From assembly GCA_964016885.1 (NCBI GenBank), contig OZ024742.1, positions 256,370,001 through 256,434,000 on the forward strand: a stretch of DNA of 64,000 nt. The letters run 5' to 3'. The position numbers were made by a program, and so were the translations under genes. The notes beneath the pieces were generated by a model. It saw nothing but the letters and a program-made list of their open reading frames with translations. It was not told the origin of the DNA and made no database searches. This stretch comes from Eledone cirrhosa. Lineage: Eukaryota. Shown here piece by piece: positions 59,794 to 64,000 of the stretch (position 1 is the first letter of the stretch; the number at the start of each line of letters is the position of its first letter).

Positions 59794-61032
59794 TAGCAGA
59801 AGTACCCGGCGTTGCCCGGGTGTAAGCCGACCTTTGGTCTGTTGTTAAAATGTTTGAAAGTTACTTCCCGCGCAGAACAGGTGCAAAAACCTTCGAACCT
59901 CAAGGAAAAAAACAGAGGTTAGTATACGCAGGTGTGTATGTGAACATAAATAATGGATCAATTGTAGGTTCACAGTGTATCGTTGAAATTGTTCTTTGCA
60001 AGACTGACGGAAGTCAAATTCACTTGAAATTGAATTTTCAGTAGATTTTTAAAGCAGGGTGAAAAAGTCGATTTTTTCAAATATTTTTTTTTTTTTACAA
60101 TTTTGGCGGTCACATGTGCAGAAGAAGAAATAAAAGGGAGTTTATCTGAATCGCGGCATAATGGACGATTCATTTGCGACAGTTTTCACGAAAATCGGAT
60201 GTTCCTGTAAAAAATTATCCCATCTGCAACTTTGCCTTGTTTTTTGCGCAAAGTCGAACCCCCGCTTCAGTTTTATTGATTTTTTACATGAACGCGTGAC
60301 CTCTGAAGTAGATTTGAGTAGCTAAAGACCTGTCCCGGTAAATTTGCTATATGTGAAAAAAAGTTGATCAAAATTGCGTCTAGGGTTATTGCCCTTTGCA
60401 ACAGCCTCAAGAACATGTAATTAAAAAGATTTACCATGGACTATCGTGCACGTTGGTATTGTGTTTAGCCTGCGAAAATCGGTGATCAAATGAGGCAACA
60501 ATAAGCCATATTGATGACGTTTAAGCGGGTGGCAAGGAATTGATGCGGCATAGATAGCCATGGGAGTCTTGAAGGAGCACGGCGGTCAGGCAAAAGAAAG
60601 GGCCGAGGATGGGATGGTGGCTGACAGTGCATGGAGGCGGCATCCTGAGGCATGAAGATGTAGTGGGGCGACGGCCAGCAGGCAAGGAAGAGGGCAGGGG
60701 TGGATGGTGGCAAGGATGCCGCATGGTGATCCATGGCAGTCTTGAAGGAGCACTGCGGGCAGGAAAAAGAAAGGGGCAAGGAGGGGATGGCGGCTGACAG
60801 AGCATTGATGCGGCATGGTGATGCATGACGATGCAGTGGGACGACGGCGTGCAGGGAAGGGAGATGGCCGGGATTGACGATTGCAGGGATTCCGCATGGT
60901 GAACCATGGGACTCGTGAAGGACCAAGTCGTGCGGGTAAGGGAGAGGGAAGGGGAGGGCATGGTGGCTAACAGAGCATGGATGCGGCATGGTGAGGCATG
61001 ACGATGCAGTGGGACAACATATATATACACAT

Positions 61033-61097
<65 letters not shown>

Positions 61098-61105
61098 TAT
61101 ATATG

Positions 61106-61162
<57 letters not shown>

Positions 61163-61568
61163 ATATATACATTACTATATATGTGTGTGTTTATCTATCT
61201 ATGTATTTTATCAGCAGGCAGGAGGTGTGGCTGCGCCAGTGAGGTGGAAGAGAGGGAAAGAGAGTAAGTTAGAGTTGTCCTGATCTTTGCCTCTGGTGAT
61301 CCAATTATCGATTTTTCGGAAATTTAATGTAGCGCACGTTTATCCCCGGATCAAAATACACACTTGCGTCGAGTTTCATCGATTTTTGAAAATATCGATT
61401 TTTGGCTTCTGGGGCTCCGATTATCGATTTTTCGAAAATTTCAAGTAGCCTTATCCACTCTACGCGTTGAGTTTTATATATGTGTGAGGTTTCATGAAAA
61501 TTGGATGAACGGTGTAGCATGCAAGTTCGGTACACCAAACAACGCCCAACTTCACTTTATATATAAGA
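59793..61568 (-). mobile_element. Non-autonomous Helitron with internal tandem repeat
   Basis: On the minus strand: 5' A|TCTTATATATAAAGTGAAG; 3' hairpin CCCGGGCAACGCCGGG followed by CTAG|T. Confidence 0.82.
60541..61018. repeat. GC-rich ~173-bp tandem repeat, about 3 diverged units
   Basis: Units start at ~60542, 60716 and 60888 (GAT.C.GCAT...CCATGG..TGAAGGA..GGCT.ACAG..GATG.AGTGGG). Confidence 0.8.
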
Positions 61569-61889
61569 TATGTACATATCTGAAGAATAAAGAATGACGT
61601 TTCTAGTCTGACTATTGATTACCAACATCTTCAAATTGTCTCTAAATCCTTGGTTTTGCTGTGTATAGGATCTTGGCATATGTCTTAGGTGCAGAGCGGA
61701 GATATGTGTACATATATATTCGGGACATATATACGAAGTGAGGGAGTATATACAGAAAGATGTGTAAATCAAATTAGAAATTGATAAAGATGTCTCATTG
61801 CTTGGTAATATACAGAAATATATATTGTGTGCTTTGAGGATAGTGTATTGGGTGAGAGAAGGGTATTGGGTGAGAATAAGATATTTTAG

Positions 61890-62200
61890 ATTGTCAGCTC
61901 AATTCCCCGAATTGAGAGACCACAGCTCTCCGATGGCATGGGAATTTGGTCAGAATGCCTCGCGAAAGAATCGCTGGATAGATTTTACATACAAAACTAA
62001 ACGACAAGAAAGCAATGGGTAAACCCAGAGCAAGATGTTTGGATTACATCCATGAGCATGGCTGGTCACGCTTGGGGATCCAACATGATCATTTGGGGAC
62101 GGTTGCTTCTGACATGACCCACTGGAAGGAGTGTTTAAGGACTCTGCCTCCATGACCAGACCAAGAATGCTCAAATCCATAAATCCACCAGGGAAGAAAT
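61890..62200 (+). mobile_element. RTE-like LINE 3' remnant
   Basis: WHGNLVRMPRERIA..KAMGKPRAR resembles WxGHVxRM....GRPRxRW. Confidence 0.55.
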
Positions 62201-63183
62201 GGTTTCTACAAAACTTGATGTGGATTAAATGAAAAAGATAATCAGCTGTTAAGGGAAAGAGATTTATGTTGTAGTTTTACATGTGAGTAGCATGTACACA
62301 GATACATAGGTAAATGAATACATACATACATGCATGCATACATACAAACATAATACATACTTACATGCATGCATACATACAAACATAATACATACATACA
62401 TGCATGCATGCATACATACAAACATAATACATACATACATGCATGCATACATACATATACATGCACGTACACATGCATACACAGTGATATGTGTCTTCGG
62501 TTTACTGTTTTATTATACACAAATGTATATTTAGTGTGAGAAATAATAGGGGTGCGTATGAAACTTATATGATTTGTTTATGCATATTAAATATATAAGA
62601 ACTTCGTGATGACATATCTAAAGCTCTTATCGTGTCATAGCTATCTAAATAACAATTAAAATGCCTGACAGAAATTTCTGGCTATTTTCCTGTCATCAGT
62701 TACTTTACTCACTCGGTACTGAGAGGAAAATAGGCTAAAGTTTGTATGGTTATGGTGTATGTAACATAGACTGAAGATGCACATTTGCATATGTTACGAA
62801 CTGGAGTGGTTAGAATTAATCAGAAAAGGAATAATATTGACTTTTACATAGTAGTTGTGTAAATAAAAGCAAATAGGATATGTGTTCGTATAAGACGCCT
62901 ATTATGAACGATGTGTTGTTATTAACCCTTATTCTTTTCATATATGCATATACACATACATACATGCTTACACACATACATAAATACATATATACATATA
63001 TCTATATACACAACGTACACACATAAATACATACACACATGCATACATATATACATACATACATACACGCGTATATACATTCGTACACGCATCTGTAAGT
63101 ACATACACACATACGTAGATAAACATACACAGACATACATACATACATACAAATATACATACATACATACATACATACATACA

Positions 63184-63214
<31 letters not shown>

Positions 63215-63465
63215 GATATTATGATATGGGACAGGGAGAAGAAAACATGCACAGTAGTGGAAATTAGCTGCTCAGCAGTTGCCAATATAATATCAAAGAT
63301 TATTGAAAAGGAGAATATTTATGCAGAACTGATGAGAAATCTGCAGATACTCCAACCTGATTACACAGGAACAGAAAGAACACAACTAGTTAGGAAATTA
63401 CAAGTACAATCCATTAATGGAACAGTAAAAATATGTAAAACATTCCAAACATTTTGCATCTAATA
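63215..63465 (+). mobile_element. RLE-type non-LTR 3' remnant
   Basis: DIMIWDREKKTCTVVEISC...KENIYAEL matches the PD..(D/E)..K..Y pattern; interrupted upstream by (TACA)n. Confidence 0.6.
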
Positions 63466-64000
63466 ACTGCATATACACATGAACAGATACAAAGCATATA
63501 CACATGCACACATACAACTCAAAACATACCCATCCACACATACAATAACATACATATCTACACATGCATGCATGCAGACATACATACATATCTACCTAGT
63601 TGATGTTGTGTAAATTCCAATGAGAGAGTCTTGTGTCTATGTTAGAAACCGACTCTCTCTCTCTATTGGTAAAACTTTGTGAAGAACATACATACATATA
63701 TATATTTACATACATATATACATAGTCAGTCAACGCGATCTGTCGCATATTTTGGTGTGGGAGACTATTCATTAAATTTAAGATGAATACTATCTCCGAC
63801 AGCAATGCCACAACTATCAGTGATGTTGAATAACTGGATATTATTCGAACTATATCTACTGAAGACACCTTTTATTCGAATTCGTAGAGATATCCGTCTA
63901 AATACATAATTCATTTTACAAGGATGTGCTACAAACAGCATGGCATCAACAACAACATCAGTGGAGTACCGAAGAAAAACGAGAAAATCAAAAAAAAATT

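Noticed and set aside
63905-64000. Possible host exon after TTTTACAAG
   Set aside because: The acceptor is weak, the sequence is truncated by the window end, and no protein is recognisable.

Overview
This is AT-rich, microsatellite-rich eukaryotic (animal) DNA, almost entirely transposon-derived. The SINE families resemble those I recall from octopod cephalopods, but that is an inference. No host gene exon, rRNA, functional tRNA or CRISPR array could be supported. Main content: a GIY-YIG-only Penelope-like remnant with a hammerhead-like motif (1.2-4.3 kb); a CsRn1-type Gypsy LTR element with a CATA TSD and tRNA-Trp PBS (6794-11883); a head-to-tail stack of Tx1/L1-type LINEs associated with (AAT)n (18.2-25.8 kb, plus further copies); a near full-length RTE-type LINE (42.1-45.4 kb); a Neptune-type Penelope element with 1.2-kb inverted arms (47.3-51.5 kb); a decayed autonomous Helitron lying tail-to-tail with a non-autonomous Helitron (54.5-61.6 kb); and many tRNA-derived SINEs and R4/Dong-like, CR1-like and RTE remnants. 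All TE ORFs are disrupted. I found no clearly new biological system; the most interesting signals are TE-structural.
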